Shown here one piece after another: positions 26,459 to 39,600 of a DNA stretch of 64,000 nt. This DNA comes from Vitrella brassicaformis CCMP3155 (Eukaryota > Protista > Chromerida), in the NCBI GenBank assembly GCA_001179505.1, contig CDMY01000432.1, positions 13,794-77,793 of the forward strand, given 5' to 3'. Position 1 is the first letter of the stretch. Each line of letters starts with the position of its first letter. A program made the translations under genes and the position numbers. The notes below the pieces were generated by a model, which was given only the letters and a program-made list of their open reading frames with translations, had not been told where the DNA came from and did not search any database.

Positions 26459-29400
26459 ATGGTGGACCGTATGCCAACGCCTTCGCCTCAATATGACACC
26501 TGGTCACCGCTTCTCGATGACAGCTCTAACAGGACACCCACGGACAGCGGGATGCCCGACAACGGCATCAACGGACGGGGAGAAGCAGATGATGGAGCCG
26601 AGGAGATCGATGCCGCTAACGACGAGACGTTCGGCGACTCGGGACCCATCAGTAAGAGCCGGAAGGGATGAGATAATGGTCTGTCTGAGTGGTTTGACTG
26701 TCTGTCTGTCTGCCTGCAGGAGACGATTGGGCTGCGTCGGCTGCGGAGATTGACCGGATCGAGGAGTTCCGACATCACTTCCATGCGGGAGAGGGTCGCA
26801 CACAAAGAACCCAATCAGGTAGAGAGTGAGAGTCAGTCCATCGCGTGATACATCTGATTGACTCTTCGTCTGCTTGTGTCAGCGACCCTACTCCCACTTG
26901 GCTCACCGGAGTCCCTCCCAGATCGGATGCAGCCCTCGCCATTCGCAGTGCAGCCCGTAAGTGGCAGCATAGCACCCAGCACTCAAGCCATTCATATGGC
27001 TCCCCCACCTCCTTCTGTGTGATTTGTCCTCGTCAGCGTCACTCTCTGGATGTGTCCGACTACCGCCGCGATACCGGTCTTGGCCCCCCTGATGCCCCGC
27101 TGCCCTCCCCCGGCCCCACTGCTCTCTCATCGCCCCCCAATGGGGACGCCAGATCCCTCAGCAGCCCCGCTTCGCCACCCCCGGAGGGCCTCCGTCAATT
27201 CCTCTTTGCCAAGGCAGCCACAGTTGCGGCCAACAGGCGGGATGATCAGCCGCAGCCACAGCAGAGAAAGGAGGACTTGCTGCCCGACCTGAGCAGCTTG
27301 CGGGCGTCTCGCGGGGGAGGGCACTCTCTGCTGGAGCTGACTGCCACTCCCTCAAGCGCGCCGAGCCCCCCACATGTGCCCGATGCCGACCCCTTCCAGA
27401 GGCGGCAACCACGGGCAGACGGCGGCCAGCTCGCGTCGCCATCGACGTCCCCTCCCCCCGGCACCTCGCCCCCCAGCGCCCTCAGCATCGGCATGAACAT
27501 CAGGCAGATGCTGCCGTCACTCGCCGAGCACACGACGAGCCCTTCCCCCACCAACCCGCCGAATGAGGGCTCTGACGGCGAGAATTGGGGGGCGGGGTGG
27601 AGCCAGGCGGCCAACCAGGGGTCCATCCACGAGATCAACTGGTCGCCTGGCACGCAGGAGAAGAGGGAGGGGTCAGGGCCGGCTCCTATCAGCCCGTTCT
27701 TCGGCGCCATGAGCCCACTGGGCGGATCCGGGCTGCCTGCTGTCATGATGGAGGCGAGAGGCGAGCAGCCGCCGACAAGGCTTGGGTCTTGGCCGGCGGC
27801 AGCTGAGGGCGGCTCGGTTGGTGCTGGCCCTGCTCGCGTCCCGTCGATGCCCCACGCCACACCGGAACCTCTCCCACCTGCTGGGGAGCCATCCCTCTTT
27901 CCCCCCTTCCCCTCAGCCGACCAGCCGCCCTTCCCTGCCCTCGAGCCGGCGCATCTGCCGTTCGCCAGTCCGTCACCCGAGTCCCGTCACCCCCTCTTCC
28001 AGGAGACAGATATCACACGCGAGGCGCGATCCACCACAGGTCTGTTCAACCTGCCGAGCGACTCCCAGCCCGGCCAGCAACGACCTCCCCTTCCTTTCGT
28101 CTCGTCTCCTCCATCGGTGGACCGGCCCTTCATGCCCCCTGAGGGCGGCGGGCTGCTCGGGGATGCCCTTCACGGCATGCAGCAGCCGGTGGGCAGCCGC
28201 CCCCCGCCCCCTCCCGCGTCAGCCGTGCCCAACCCACCGTTTATGCTAGGACCGCGGAGCTCCGACACGTCGGCGACAGGCAGCAGGGGAGAAGGCGAGG
28301 TGTCTTCCCCGGCGGACAGGGGGCCTGGCGGTCCGGGCCCTGGTGGCGAGCAGATCAACATGCTCCAGTCGCTGGTCCATCGCGCCAGGGGGACTGGGGA
28401 GGGCACCATCCAGCTTGACGTCAACCAGGTGGAGGACCTCATGAGAGCTCTCGGCGCATCGGGCGGGGGCACCAATCATGTCGGCCGCCACTCGGTCCCT
28501 GCGGCGTCACGCCCCATACCACCCAGCGGCATGAGCCCGCCACCTCCCCCCGAGCCCTCCTCCCAGCAGACGAACCCCATCCTCCAGCTGCTGCAGCAAG
28601 ACAGACGGCACAGCGACCAAATCGGCATGCAGCAGCAGCAGCCGCAGAGGATGCCACCACAAGGGGGGCGAGGGCCGCACGCCGGGTTGCCGCCGTTCGG
28701 TGGCGGGCCTGGCCCTCAGCGTGTGGGCAAGACGCCGACAAGTGGCCCGAGGGGCTTCCCCGGGGCGCCTCCCCCACCTCCGCCCCCTCCTGGGTTCGGA
28801 CTGATGGGCCGGCCGCCCGGCATACTGCCACACCCATCGGCGGATGGGTTCGAACTGATGGGCAAAACCGCCCGGCAACTGAACATGAACATGAACATGG
28901 GCGGATTTGCCGGTGAGGGAGACAACACAAAAATGTCGTTGCAGACGCACGCACCTGCCTGTGTGCCTCGTGCTTGTGGGATGTTTGTGGTGCCAGGTTC
29001 GCCAGTGTTTCCCCCACCCCCGCCCCCTCCCCCTCCAATGGAGGATGAGTATCACGCGGGGGTTCAGTGGGCTGCCACTGGCGGCCCCGTGCCGCCCAGA
29101 CGGCCTCACCGTATCTTCCCGCTTACCAAGACACACAAGGAGCTCATCGTCAAGGGACAGATCGACTTCCCTGCACCGTGGTCACGGGTGAGAGTGACAA
29201 GGCACAGACAGGGGATCACGGTTGGTGCATCTGTGTGTGTGTGTGTGTGTGTGCAGAAGGAGATGCCTCCTGATGCGGGCGCGCGGCAGCTGATGAGACG
29301 GCGGGAGATCGACTTCATTCTCAGGACCTTCCTCAACCTCGTAAGGCTAGAAGAAACAGAAACGGATACCAGCTGCTGCCAGATAATGACAATGAGACAA

Positions 29401-32085
29401 CGTCTGTTTGCTTGTTTCCCTTCGTGTCCATCAGACCTCCCGGAATCCCTCAGTACAGCTGCCCAGCGGCCGCTTCGTCTTCCAGCACACACCTCGCCCG
29501 TCCACAGCCTCGCCACACCCATCAGAGATCCACCCCAGCCACGCAGGCTCCGATGACGAGGTACCTGCCGTCGGCTCCCCAGCTGCAGAGGCCGTCACAC
29601 GCGGCACCGAAACACCGGAGGAGCACGAGGGCGAGCCACATGAGCCGCGCGAAGAGAAGCCACCCGAAGACAGGTACATCACTCCCAAAGGCCCCCACCA
29701 CCACTCTGTGTATCTCATGCGTCACTCCCCTCTTTTGTGTGTCTGGATGTTTCTCGAAGCCCGCATGTGCATGTGGATCACGAGGAAGAGGACGACTTCC
29801 ATCGTCGGTTCGGCGGCCGCAACTACGCCACCGTGCGTCACCCGCGGCAGATCATCCAGCTCGCGCCGGGTGTGGGGGCTGGCCAGGGGTTCGGTCACGT
29901 CGGTGGGCCGGAGGGGCGGACCAACGGGTCGCCTGTTGTCGACGAGAGAATGCCGTCCAAGGCACCGCAGACGTGTGCCGAGATCCTGGCTATGGTAAGG
30001 GAAGAGCGAGTTGAGGATGGCCAATGGCGCATCGATGGTGTGTGGTGTGTTCAGATCCGCACCCATGGCGTGTCAGAGGGCAAGCTGCGTCGGTTTGTGT
30101 CTCGGTGTGTGGAGGAGGGCTACGACACTCTGATGCACATTGAGAGGATCGACGAGAAAATCAGGGAGACGCCCGCATTCAACACCCCACAAGTCGACCG
30201 ACTCAACACCGACAAGAGGTATGAAATGCGTCAACCAAAAAAAACTTTGCCTCCGATCATTTTTGCCATCCATGCACCCTCACAGGAAGGCGATCAGCTG
30301 TCTGTACGGCTGGGCCACCGGGAGATCACTGCGAACCGAAGACGGCCAACTCGACTCAGACGAGGGTCGTATCAACGGACTCACAGCACCATCAAGGGTG
30401 AGCCAACACACCCACTCCCCCCGCCTGCATACACACGCATCGATGGGTGTCCGTCAGGAGAGCGAGACACCGTCCGAGCAGGAGGGCGGGGAGGGGCCGG
30501 CTGCGCCGGTGCGCGCATCGTCAATCGACACTGTTGGCACGGGCAGCAAGGCCGAGTGGTTGCTGGAGAAGATTCTCCGCATCGGCAAGGGTCAGCGGCT
30601 GGTGGGGCGGCTGCTGGGCCACCTGGTGGACGACTTGCGGGACCAAGACAATGTCAAACCTGCACTTGCATACGTGCTCCAGGTGAGTACACCCACACAG
30701 CAGCACACACATCTGCTTTGGTGTACTTTGCCCATGGGTGGCTGTGTGTGTGTAGATGGTGGTTCGGACGCCCTCATTCTTGCGCGAGTGCATGGCATCG
30801 CTCGACACGAGCCAGGCGGCCCCAAAAGCACCGCCAGCAGCAGCGGCAGCCAGGGAGAGACCCGACATGCCCATGCCCCCTCCCCCGCCACCCCCACCGC
30901 CCCCCAAGCTCCCCGCGCTCGCGCAGCTGGCCGACGCGTCCCTCAAAGCCATGCAGCGACTCTCCACGCCCGATGAGGTGGGTGAGACAGGCAGACACCG
31001 GGAGGAATCTAGCGGCAAGGAGGTAGACTAGAGTAGGTCAGGCAGTCCTTGGTATGTTGGTTCGCGGTCCATTGCCACGGAGTGATTTCGCGAGTTTTGA
31101 TCGAAATGTTCTCCGCCAGTGACACGCGTAGACAGCCTTTGCGCCTCTGCAAGGAACCTCTGCCTGATCTGAGCGAAAGGACGGCAGGGGGCCGAAGCTT
31201 GGGCACACTCTCACCACAGCCAGCTGCATGTTCATGCCCTCTTGCTTTTGGACACCAGAAATGTCTCTTTGCTGTCGTCTTGTGGTGTGTGTGCTCAGGA
31301 TGGTTGGGATTGGTGCTGTTGTCTGCTTGGTCGGATGCTCGAGGGCGTCGACAGACAGACGCTGGCGGCGCTGCTGCACCACAAGGTACGCTCAAGACAA
31401 CACGCCACCACTCACACAGGGAGGCCGCCCCTGATGCGCATGATGGTTGGTATGCCGTCCGTGTGCAGGGTGGAGTTCGCTCTCTGCGCATCCTCACCGA
31501 GCGCCTGCCTCCAGTGACCGACCCCGACACCCCGCAAACAGTCAAGTAGGCACTCAGGCACCAATCGAATGTGACACATCCGTGCCTTCGTGGAGCGCCT
31601 TATTCCCACGACCGGTGTGTGCTGTGTTGTGTGTCAGGTCGACACTTTTGTCATACGGGCAGACGATCGGTGGCGGCGTGCTGCAGGCGATCGTGCAGGT
31701 GTGCATCAACGAGAGACCCCAGGAGGCACTCGAACAGCTCAGTCGGGCTGATCACGGTAAGTACGATCGATGGACCACTCACGCGCACCGCACAGGAAGG
31801 ACCAGGTGGCGTAGGTTGCGACTGTGGCTGTGCGCTCCTGTGTGGATTGGATGTGCAGGTCATCCTGAGGGCCACACGATTGGCTTGGTGCGTCTACTAT
31901 CCTTCCTCTACACGCAAGCCGACGACAAGCAGAGGACGCTGCTCAAAGAGCCTCTCACGCGTCTGGTCCCATCCTTCGTCCCATCCCAGACTGGCCAAGT
32001 GGTCAACGAGATCTTCTCGCACCTGGACACGGCTGGCGGGGGTCCGAATGGACCCAGTCTCGGGCTATCGGCTCTGTCAACATAA
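26459..32085 (+). CDS. PAT1: PAT1-like mRNA decapping activator
   Basis: N-terminal acidic motif AANDETFGD, a long Pro-rich region, LMRRREIDFILR (Pat1 middle-domain-like), ATVRHPRQIIQL and helical C-terminal exons. Ends SALST-TAA. Confidence 0.7.
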
Positions 32086-32984
32086 TGCATGGACTCACTC
32101 GCGATATGTATGCGCAATCAATCAATGGCGGCATTCAGGCAGGAGGCGGTCTGCGTGTGGTGTGGGTGGGTGGGTGGGTGGGGAAGGCTGTCGATTCGTG
32201 TGCCGCTTTGTGCGGCTGATTTTCCATCCATCCATCCATCGATCCATCCATCCATCCTGTGTGTGTGTGCATGCATGCTCCTACCTATTTCTTATGTGCA
32301 TGAAAGTGACTGACTGACTACCTACCTGTGGTACAGCAGACGAAGCTGGCTGATTGATGCATCCGTCCATCCATCCATGTGTGGTGAGTGGTATTTGTGT
32401 GTGCGCGAACTTGTACGTGTACGTGTGCATGTGTCTGTGTGCGTGTCCGTGAGTGAGTGACCAGAGAGAGGTCCGTCATCATAAAGGGCCGTCATGTCAT
32501 TCCCTCTCTGCTACCTGATGAGTGTTCGTGTCGTGTTGTGCTGTGTGTCGTGTCACGACTCGTGTGTATGATATGTGTGTGCTGTGTGCGTGACCATGTG
32601 CATTGCATGTGTGTCGTGATTTTAATGTAGGTCCGTCCGTTCATGACAATCAGACAATTCTGAGAGACGTCACTTCATGCTTTCAATGTCCATCCATGAA
32701 ATGAATGCGTCCGTCCATCCATCCGTCCGTCCATGGTACATGTGCCATGCCATGCCATGTTCTATGAATTCTGTGGTGCCCATCAGTAATTGAATTGACT
32801 CGATCGCCATCAGTGAATGATCTGTGACTGACGGTTGGGAAGGTCTCTCAGCATGCAGGTAGGGAAGGTCTCCCAGCATGCACAAATGGATGGATGGATG
32901 CAACAATGGTATGGGCGGCTGTCCAATTTTGATCTACAGCTCACGAGGATGTCTACTTGTAGAGCCATGGATACAAACAGGATA

Positions 32985-34170
32985 TCAAACACTTCCCTTC
33001 AACCGCCGTGGCTGTGATGGCCTCATCCTTGAGTTGCTGCAGATGGCGCACTTGATCGTGCAGAGGCCTAGCGGAGAGAGCTTTAAGCAGGTTGAGACGG
33101 TCGTACTTAACCTGGCCGGTTTTCTTTCACCCACCGCTCGCCATCGGATGAGACACTGTAAACGAACAGAGAGGTTTACATGGAGCCCGTTTTTCTTCTT
33201 CAGGGTTGATGATGCCACACCATGTATGATCTTCTCGTACTTGATGCTATTGCGGTTGTCAGGGCGCTTCTGGGGGCAGTCCTTGATGATGTGCTCGGTG
33301 CTGCCGCACCCCAAGCACACCCTGCCCCTGCCCTGGCCCTGCCCGCCCTTGTTGACCTTCACGGTCGCCTGCTGCGCTGTGAAGACCTGGTCGTTCTTGT
33401 GGACGCCCTCAAGCTTGTCGCTCCCATTGCGCAGCGCGTCTCCCAGCGAGCACATCTCCACCAGGCTGTCCCAGGTCAGCTCCTAGGCCAGGCTGACTCG
33501 CTTACGCACCTCGACATACAACTTGGGCAGGGCGTTGATGACAATGGCCTCTTTCTCGTCGTCGGTCAGCACTGGCATTCGACGAGCGATGCGGACAGAG
33601 TCCAGATGGTCGCAGACAGCCGGAAAGTCATAGACGGCGTCACTCGACTCGTCAAACTCCGGCTTCCACTTTCAGTGCAACACCTGCATGAACAGGTCGT
33701 GGCCCCGCTCGCGTCGTTTCGGTATGTAAGTATGCTTACCTTACGTTCTGTTCCCCAGTGTGTTCGCTCACGCTGCCCCGCCGGCTTCATGTGTGCTGTC
33801 CGTTCGTCCTGTTGCTGCTGAGGCTTGTCCGGCTGCTGCGATCGGTTGACATGTCAAGCTGCGGCGGCCTGGTAGGGCGCATTGGCGATCCTCTGCCAAA
33901 GCTAGCTTACGTTGAGATGTATGTTGATCTGTGACCATCCGAGCGCCAACTCTGGCAGCGGCTATCCCTGAGAGACCAAGAATACATCACAAACTCGTAG
34001 AGACATGTTTTTTTCTGTTTTTTTTTTGTTTCTCAAACTTGACCTTGAGAAAGTTGGATAGCAGGCACTACTGCAGGAGCAGCTGCTGTCGCTGCGGGCT
34101 GTGGCTGTGGTGGCAAAATTGCAGCTGGGAGACGCGCAGCGTCTTCTGTGGTATTCATGGTTGTCGCCTC
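32985..34170 (-). mobile_element. Degenerate Ty1/copia-like gag remnant with CCHC zinc knuckle
   Basis: One frame reads LH*KWKPEF...DDEKEAIVINALPKLYVEVRKRVSLA*ELTWDSLVEM...CLGCGSTEHIIKDCP. It has two nonsense codons and no introns, and no intact pol is seen. Confidence 0.7.
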
Positions 34171-34433
34171 TTCAGTCAGCAGCCATTCATCCAGTCGCGA
34201 ATCGATAAGAAAGCCGCGCACATAAACGAGACACAAGCGAAAGTTTAACGAGTGAATTCTTTGAATCACACCACTTCATCCCACTTACGCTGCTGAGTAT
34301 TGTAAGGCGCTTGCAGTTGAGTAAAAGGAGCGACGATTAAGTATCCATCTATTGGGCCGCAGAATGTTGTCGAACACGATTGGCCTGTTCCCTCGACACC
34401 CGCCCGAAGCATGCGCTCCTGCTCCGCCATGTA

Positions 34434-34523
34434 TCCCAAATACGCGTTCGGACACATCAGCTGATACCACTGCTTCATTCCCAAATACGCGTTCGGACAC
34501 ATCAGCTGATACCACTGCTTCAT
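34434..34523. repeat. Perfect 45-bp tandem duplication
   Basis: tcccaaatacgcgttcggacacatcagctgataccactgcttcat occurs twice, in frame in the 34266-34772 minus ORF (LGMKQWYQLMCPNAY x2). Confidence 0.95.
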
Positions 34524-35507
34524 TCCCAGCGCGATCAACGCGGCGTGACACACAAAGCAGTCGAGGGGATGACACTGTGGTTGCAGGAGCTCTTGCATGC
34601 GGACAACACCATCAAACCTGTTCAGAAACTGCACTAAGGAAATCGATACGTATCCACATAAATACACAGATGAGATCCCCACGCTTACTCGACGGTTCAG
34701 TGCAGCGAGAACGTTTAAGTCATACCAACTTACTTCTCGACGGGTAGATAGCTGCTTATTTTGAAACAGCATGTCTTCAACTTGCCGAAGGTATTGGTAT
34801 CACCTAGTGTGGCGTCACCTTCGATGCGACGAGTGTGGACGTTGAAGAGACGCCGCACGTTCTAAAGGATCTGCTGCAGCCGCAATGGGTTAACACCCTC
34901 TAACTCATCTGGTACGATTGCCTGTGCCTTCGACAAACACAAACACGCGCACACAGTAATGTCCCCATGAGCCAAATGCGCACACAGATTCTGCCTCGCC
35001 CGCTCTTACCAGCTCGATGATGCTGATCTTGCTCGTACGCGCTCTGTCGGATGTGGCCATCAGCCTCTTCCGGATCTCGCAGAGCCAATTGTACTTTCAC
35101 ACGTGGGTACATCTGTGGTCGTCCTTGACCCCGAGGGTCCGGCAACAGTTGTGGAGGTGGTCCATCAGATTTTTCAGGATCGAGCCACCCTATAAGCCAC
35201 AACACAAAGCACAAACCGAAACGGCCCGTATGTGTGAAGGCCATGAATGACGAACGCACCTTTTCTGCATTGTTATTTATCATTATGTCTTGCTCGCTCC
35301 TCGGGAACTTGCTGAGCCATGTGCCCCGCCGTATATAGTCGATGATGCCTATGGCATTTCCCGACTTCAAGCATACATGAATGGCGTCACAAATCCATTC
35401 ACTCCGTCCTCAATAAACTCACCCACTCGCTCACAACCATCTACACTATCACAGCCATCTGCACTGTCAGACAGCCATCCCCTCATTCCATCCCTTCCCT
35501 CATACAT

Positions 35508-36379
35508 TCATCGGCTCGCCAGAGGGAAGTTGACCACCGACACCATGGTGGGCTGCATGAGACCGATGATACTGCGCTTGATCTGACTGGACCACATAGC
35601 GTTCTTCCCCTTTAAGCGAAGGGCAGCCGCTTCAATCAGCCAGTCAGGGTGGTCAAGCACCGTCTGCAGGAGGTCTATCAGCAGCGACTTGAGCATGTAC
35701 TCTATCATCATGTCGTGCCACGGCTCCTTGAGAGGGGCCCGTGGCCAGACCCGCTGATCCATCGTGGAATACCGTGAGGTACAGAAACAGCAGCAATGAC
35801 GCAAGCAATCAATGGCACACCATCAAAGACGCAGACAGACAGCGAGGGGGACAAATATTGGAGGGGGACGAGGAGGGGGAGGGAAAGGAAGAGAAGCAGA
35901 GAGTTGAAGCTATGTTCGTCCTCTGACGTCCTCAGCTTATGTTGGAAACTGTGACGCAGTAAGCTGGGCACATCTCTCGAAAGTGACCCGACTGGTGGCA
36001 CCGGCTACACTCGCGTGGCCGCTTCACACCGCCACTGCAGCAGCTCTTCGAAGGGATGAACGGCTTTCGAGAGAGCTCGTTGCCGCCTCCTTCTCGTATT
36101 GTATCTGACGGAAAACGAGCACTCAACCGAGACGTTCAGGATGAGCTCGTGGATGTTAAATGAGAAGGGTCGCTAAAAGCGGCCGCACCGCTTGCACCGC
36201 ATGATGGGACGACAGAAGTGGCGGGCCTTGTCATTGTCAGGCATCTTCACTACCAGCTCCCGGGACAAGCACTTGTTAATGTCGATGTCGTTGACGAACT
36301 CGGCGTTGTCGCGGCGATAGTGGAAATTGACTGGTGTCGACCTTTTAAAGACTTCCTGTTGCAAACAGCTGACAAGCAA
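35508..36379 (-). pseudogene. Fragmented zinc-knuckle ORFs, possibly a Mutator-like transposase C-terminus remnant
   Basis: KRPRECSRCHQSGHFREMCP (CX2CX4HX4C) and MRCKRCGRF lie in broken frames. Confidence 0.4.
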
Positions 36380-36550
36380 ACCTTGTGTGGAGAGCCTCGT
36401 CTCGGCTTACCAACTCATTCGAGAAGGTCAGCTCAGGCATGAGGCCTTGAGATTTCAGCCAGAAAATGCCGCAAAAGGCTGCCGAGAACTGTACTCCTTC
36501 CACCGCTGCGAACGCCATCAGACGCTTTACAAAGGGTGCGTCGGTTCCAT
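36345..36550 (-). pseudogene. Ribonucleotide reductase small subunit (R2) fragment
   Basis: [53 protein letters not shown] matches the conserved R2 core VAFAAVEG...FWLK..GLMPGL..SNELISRDE.LH. Only about 65 codons are present, with a stop upstream. Confidence 0.88.
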
Positions 36551-37199
36551 CATGCGGCACTCAAAAGAGTGGTCGCGAAACTGAACTGTGTCGTGCATGT
36601 GGATCGCTAGGTTGTCCACTGCCCATGTAGAGATCGCTGTTTGGTTGGAAAACATGTAGCTGTCGTTAAGATTGGTTGACTGGATGTAGCGGGCCATGCC
36701 GGACATCACAAGGCGGGTGACGTCTTGGTGTCGGACGTCAAAGGGGTAGAAATAAGAGAACCAGGGTGTGTCTCGGGGGATGGGTGTTTAAGAGAGGTGA
36801 CCACGTTGGTGTGTAGGAAAGCCACCACCGGCAGGCTATCATCAGCTGCTCCTAATGCTGCTATCTGTGGTGAGGGCTGATAGGGCGCAGCGTACCATGC
36901 CGGCTCGGGAGCTCTGGCACTTTCCCGACGACACACACATGGGGCTCGGCACTCATGATTGATGTCGTTTCAGGTACCCTACAACATTCCTCGTACACAC
37001 GCTGTATCTTCTATGAGGCGGTGCTGGGACTTTGAAACGTCAGACTGCAAAAGCGACATGTCTTCATGCATATAGAGAGACACGATTGGGTATTAGTCCG
37101 TGAACTCACCTTGCCAAATAACAATAATTCTGACGGTGAGAGCGCAAGCCACAGCCTTACACAACCTGTATGAAGCCAAAGAGAAGAGAAAAGAAGAGT

Positions 37200-37720
37200 T
37201 GACTTCTGTTTCTACGGGATGTATCCGGGTGTATCCATCACTGGTGCCGCACAGGTTCGAACGCTTTGTCGTATATGTAAAGTACGTTCACGCCATTGAC
37301 TCCGTCCACAAGCTGAGTGAAGTCCATCAAGCCGATTGCAATATGTGCCTTGCCTTGAAAAGGCTGAGGCACGACGCAAGATATTGATACATATGTGAGA
37401 CATACAAATGCATCCGCACAAAAATGCATGGGGACGTACCTTTAAAGCCGACAGCTGTTCAAGAAAGACAGTCGTGCGGCGAAGTGACAGCAGGTACACT
37501 TGTGGATTAACTTTTTGCCATCTGACAGCATAATACGACATTGATGAGGTGCCAACTCTTTCGATATTCCTTACTCGCCGTGATTTTTGGAAAGATCAGC
37601 GTCGTCACATGTAGTGGCATACCCTTTCCTGCGCCAAAATCCGCAACTACATCTCCCTGGAGTGACACACAGTGTGCGAAGAGTAGCACTTGATAGGCTT
37701 TTCTCCTATGCTTACGTCCT
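37200..37720 (-). pseudogene. Degenerate class I SAM-dependent methyltransferase, DOT1-like
   Basis: GDVVADFGAGKG (motif I) and, in another frame, IGLMDFTQLVDGVNGVNVLYIYDKAFEP, resembling the DOT1 DF...vxxxxn/d..F region. Frameshifts and stops lie between them. Confidence 0.5.
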
Positions 37721-37809
37721 GCAGTAGGCCTTCCTTGTGCACGAGCTGGAAGAAGCTCCCCCGACATTCCCCCTTCGTTAGAATCTGACACATACACAAA
37801 GGAACGGGT

Positions 37810-37845
37810 GCTGGTTGCTGTCTGGTTGCTGGTTGCTGTCTGGTT
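37810..37845. repeat. 18-bp tandem duplication at the right edge of the decayed island
   Basis: gctggttgctgtctggtt occurs twice. Confidence 0.85.
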
Positions 37846-38434
37846 TGCCTTCAGTGCTTTCCACCTGTGCTAAGGGGGCCTGCTGATGTCAGCTCGGCAA
37901 CGGGGCCGCTCTGAATCGCTCGATAAGCTAGGCCGATTGCACGTGCATCTTACCAACCCTGTGTGAGCCCTGATGACGCCAGCGCGCGCTTGTGTCTTGA
38001 GCAGAGCTCCAGCACCCTGTGCCGGTACGCATCCGTCCAGCCCTTCATGATGCATGGTCATTCAGGAATGCCCATCCAAACGTAATTACGTATGCGCCTC
38101 GAACCACACACTCAGGGCGGGCAGCGTCTCGTCTCGACCTCTCGCCTGCAAACGGGTCTTCAACCACTTCGCGCAGCAGACGTGTCGTTCGGCCGGGCCG
38201 CCGTGTGTGCATGGAGTGGGGTTGGGGAGGGGGGGAGCAATGAGTCAGGAACTCCCCAGCCAAGATGTAAATGCCCGCAACTCGAGCTCGCGAGTTTCCC
38301 CCCTTTCTTTTTTCCCCCGATGCGATTGTACGCTTCTGCGGCTGACCCCTCCGGTGGGAAAACGGCTGCATTGCTCAGAAACAGCTTCAGCAGCGCCCAG
38401 CTTTTGCGCTATCCCGTCCCATCCAGTTGGGAGT

Positions 38435-39330
38435 ATGGAAGCAAAGTCACGTGCAAAACGAGGGCTGGCTTCTCAAGTAAGCAGTACACACATGTGCACA
38501 CATGTGTGCCTGCCGTGTGCGTTTGCAGAGCTGGTTCGCGGCGCAGGGCTGCGTTCCGAACAGCCCTCAGACCCAAACCTCCCTTCTATCCCGAGCATCG
38601 CCACCCCTGGCACACGCATCAGTCTGGGAAGGAAGCGAGCGGGCCCCACCAGCCGCGAAATGAAGGAGGGCACCCTCAGGCCAAGCCAATCGACTCCTGC
38701 GCTTCAGGGGAAGAGCCACGAAGTGGGCCGCCCTTCCATTCGTATCGTGAATGGTGTTGCCACGCCGAAACCCCGGATGTCCATGAGGTCGAGGGCAAGC
38801 ACGCACTGGCGGATCCACACAGAACCGCTTTCTGAAGTTTGTGAGTTCCCTCCGCTGGACCAAACGCCCTTCTTGAAATGGTATATTGTCTCTCTTGATA
38901 GAAACAGACCTTCATTGTGGTGTGAATCTGCTTGCATTGCCAGGTGTCACAGCATCTATACGAATCCTGCATACATACCCACGACGAACCAGCTCTACGG
39001 CAGGCAAGAAGAGGGGGACAGACAGACAGACAGGCAGGCAGCTGTGTCTTGTGTATGGACATGCATTTCGTTGTGTCTTGTCTCAGATATGAGCTCAATG
39101 AAGTGCTGAGCCCTCCCGTTGCGGCAGGGACCAGCTTGTCTGGTTTCCATGTGTTCCAGAGGATGGCAGAAGAGCCCCCTGTGCGCATATCCCCTCCCTA
39201 TCTGCGGATAAAGACAAGATTTGCACTGTCTAAGGGCGCCATTCCACTGGAGGAGGTGCGGACCACATCCCTCCACAGCTACTGGCGCCAGCGATCATTG
39301 GATCAGCTGCTCTTACCAGACCTTAAGTGA
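38435..39330 (+). CDS. Hypothetical protein, spliced
   Basis: MEAKSRAKRGLASQ|gtaagc donor, then a long open exon and a terminal exon ending LLLPDLK-TGA. No family recognised. Confidence 0.45.
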
Positions 39331-39600
39331 ACCAACGGCTGCATGGATGGCTGTGCACGTGCTGTCCGTAAGTCAGTGAACCGTCCCATATTCACACACA
39401 GCAATGGATGGACTCGCTGCTGCGCACACACACGGGGCTGTCTGCCTGTCATGTTGGCTGCGACTGCCGGACCTCCCTAATCGCACTCCTAAATGTGTCA
39501 CGCACGGCAGCCGATTGGCCTGGTGGCGAATGGAGCGCCTGCACCAACACATCCACACACGCGGAATCTCATTGTGTGTGTGTGTCTCTGTGTGTCTGTG

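Noticed and set aside
26845-29556. 903-aa ORF as a novel stand-alone protein
   Set aside because: It is the Pro-rich central exon of the PAT1-like gene plus intron read-through.
34434-34523. CRISPR-like array
   Set aside because: Only two adjacent copies with no spacers, in a eukaryotic genome without cas genes.
38054-39109. 351-aa unspliced ORF as a single gene
   Set aside because: It reads through evident introns (gtaagc...cag) and microsatellite. A spliced model from 38435 is preferred.
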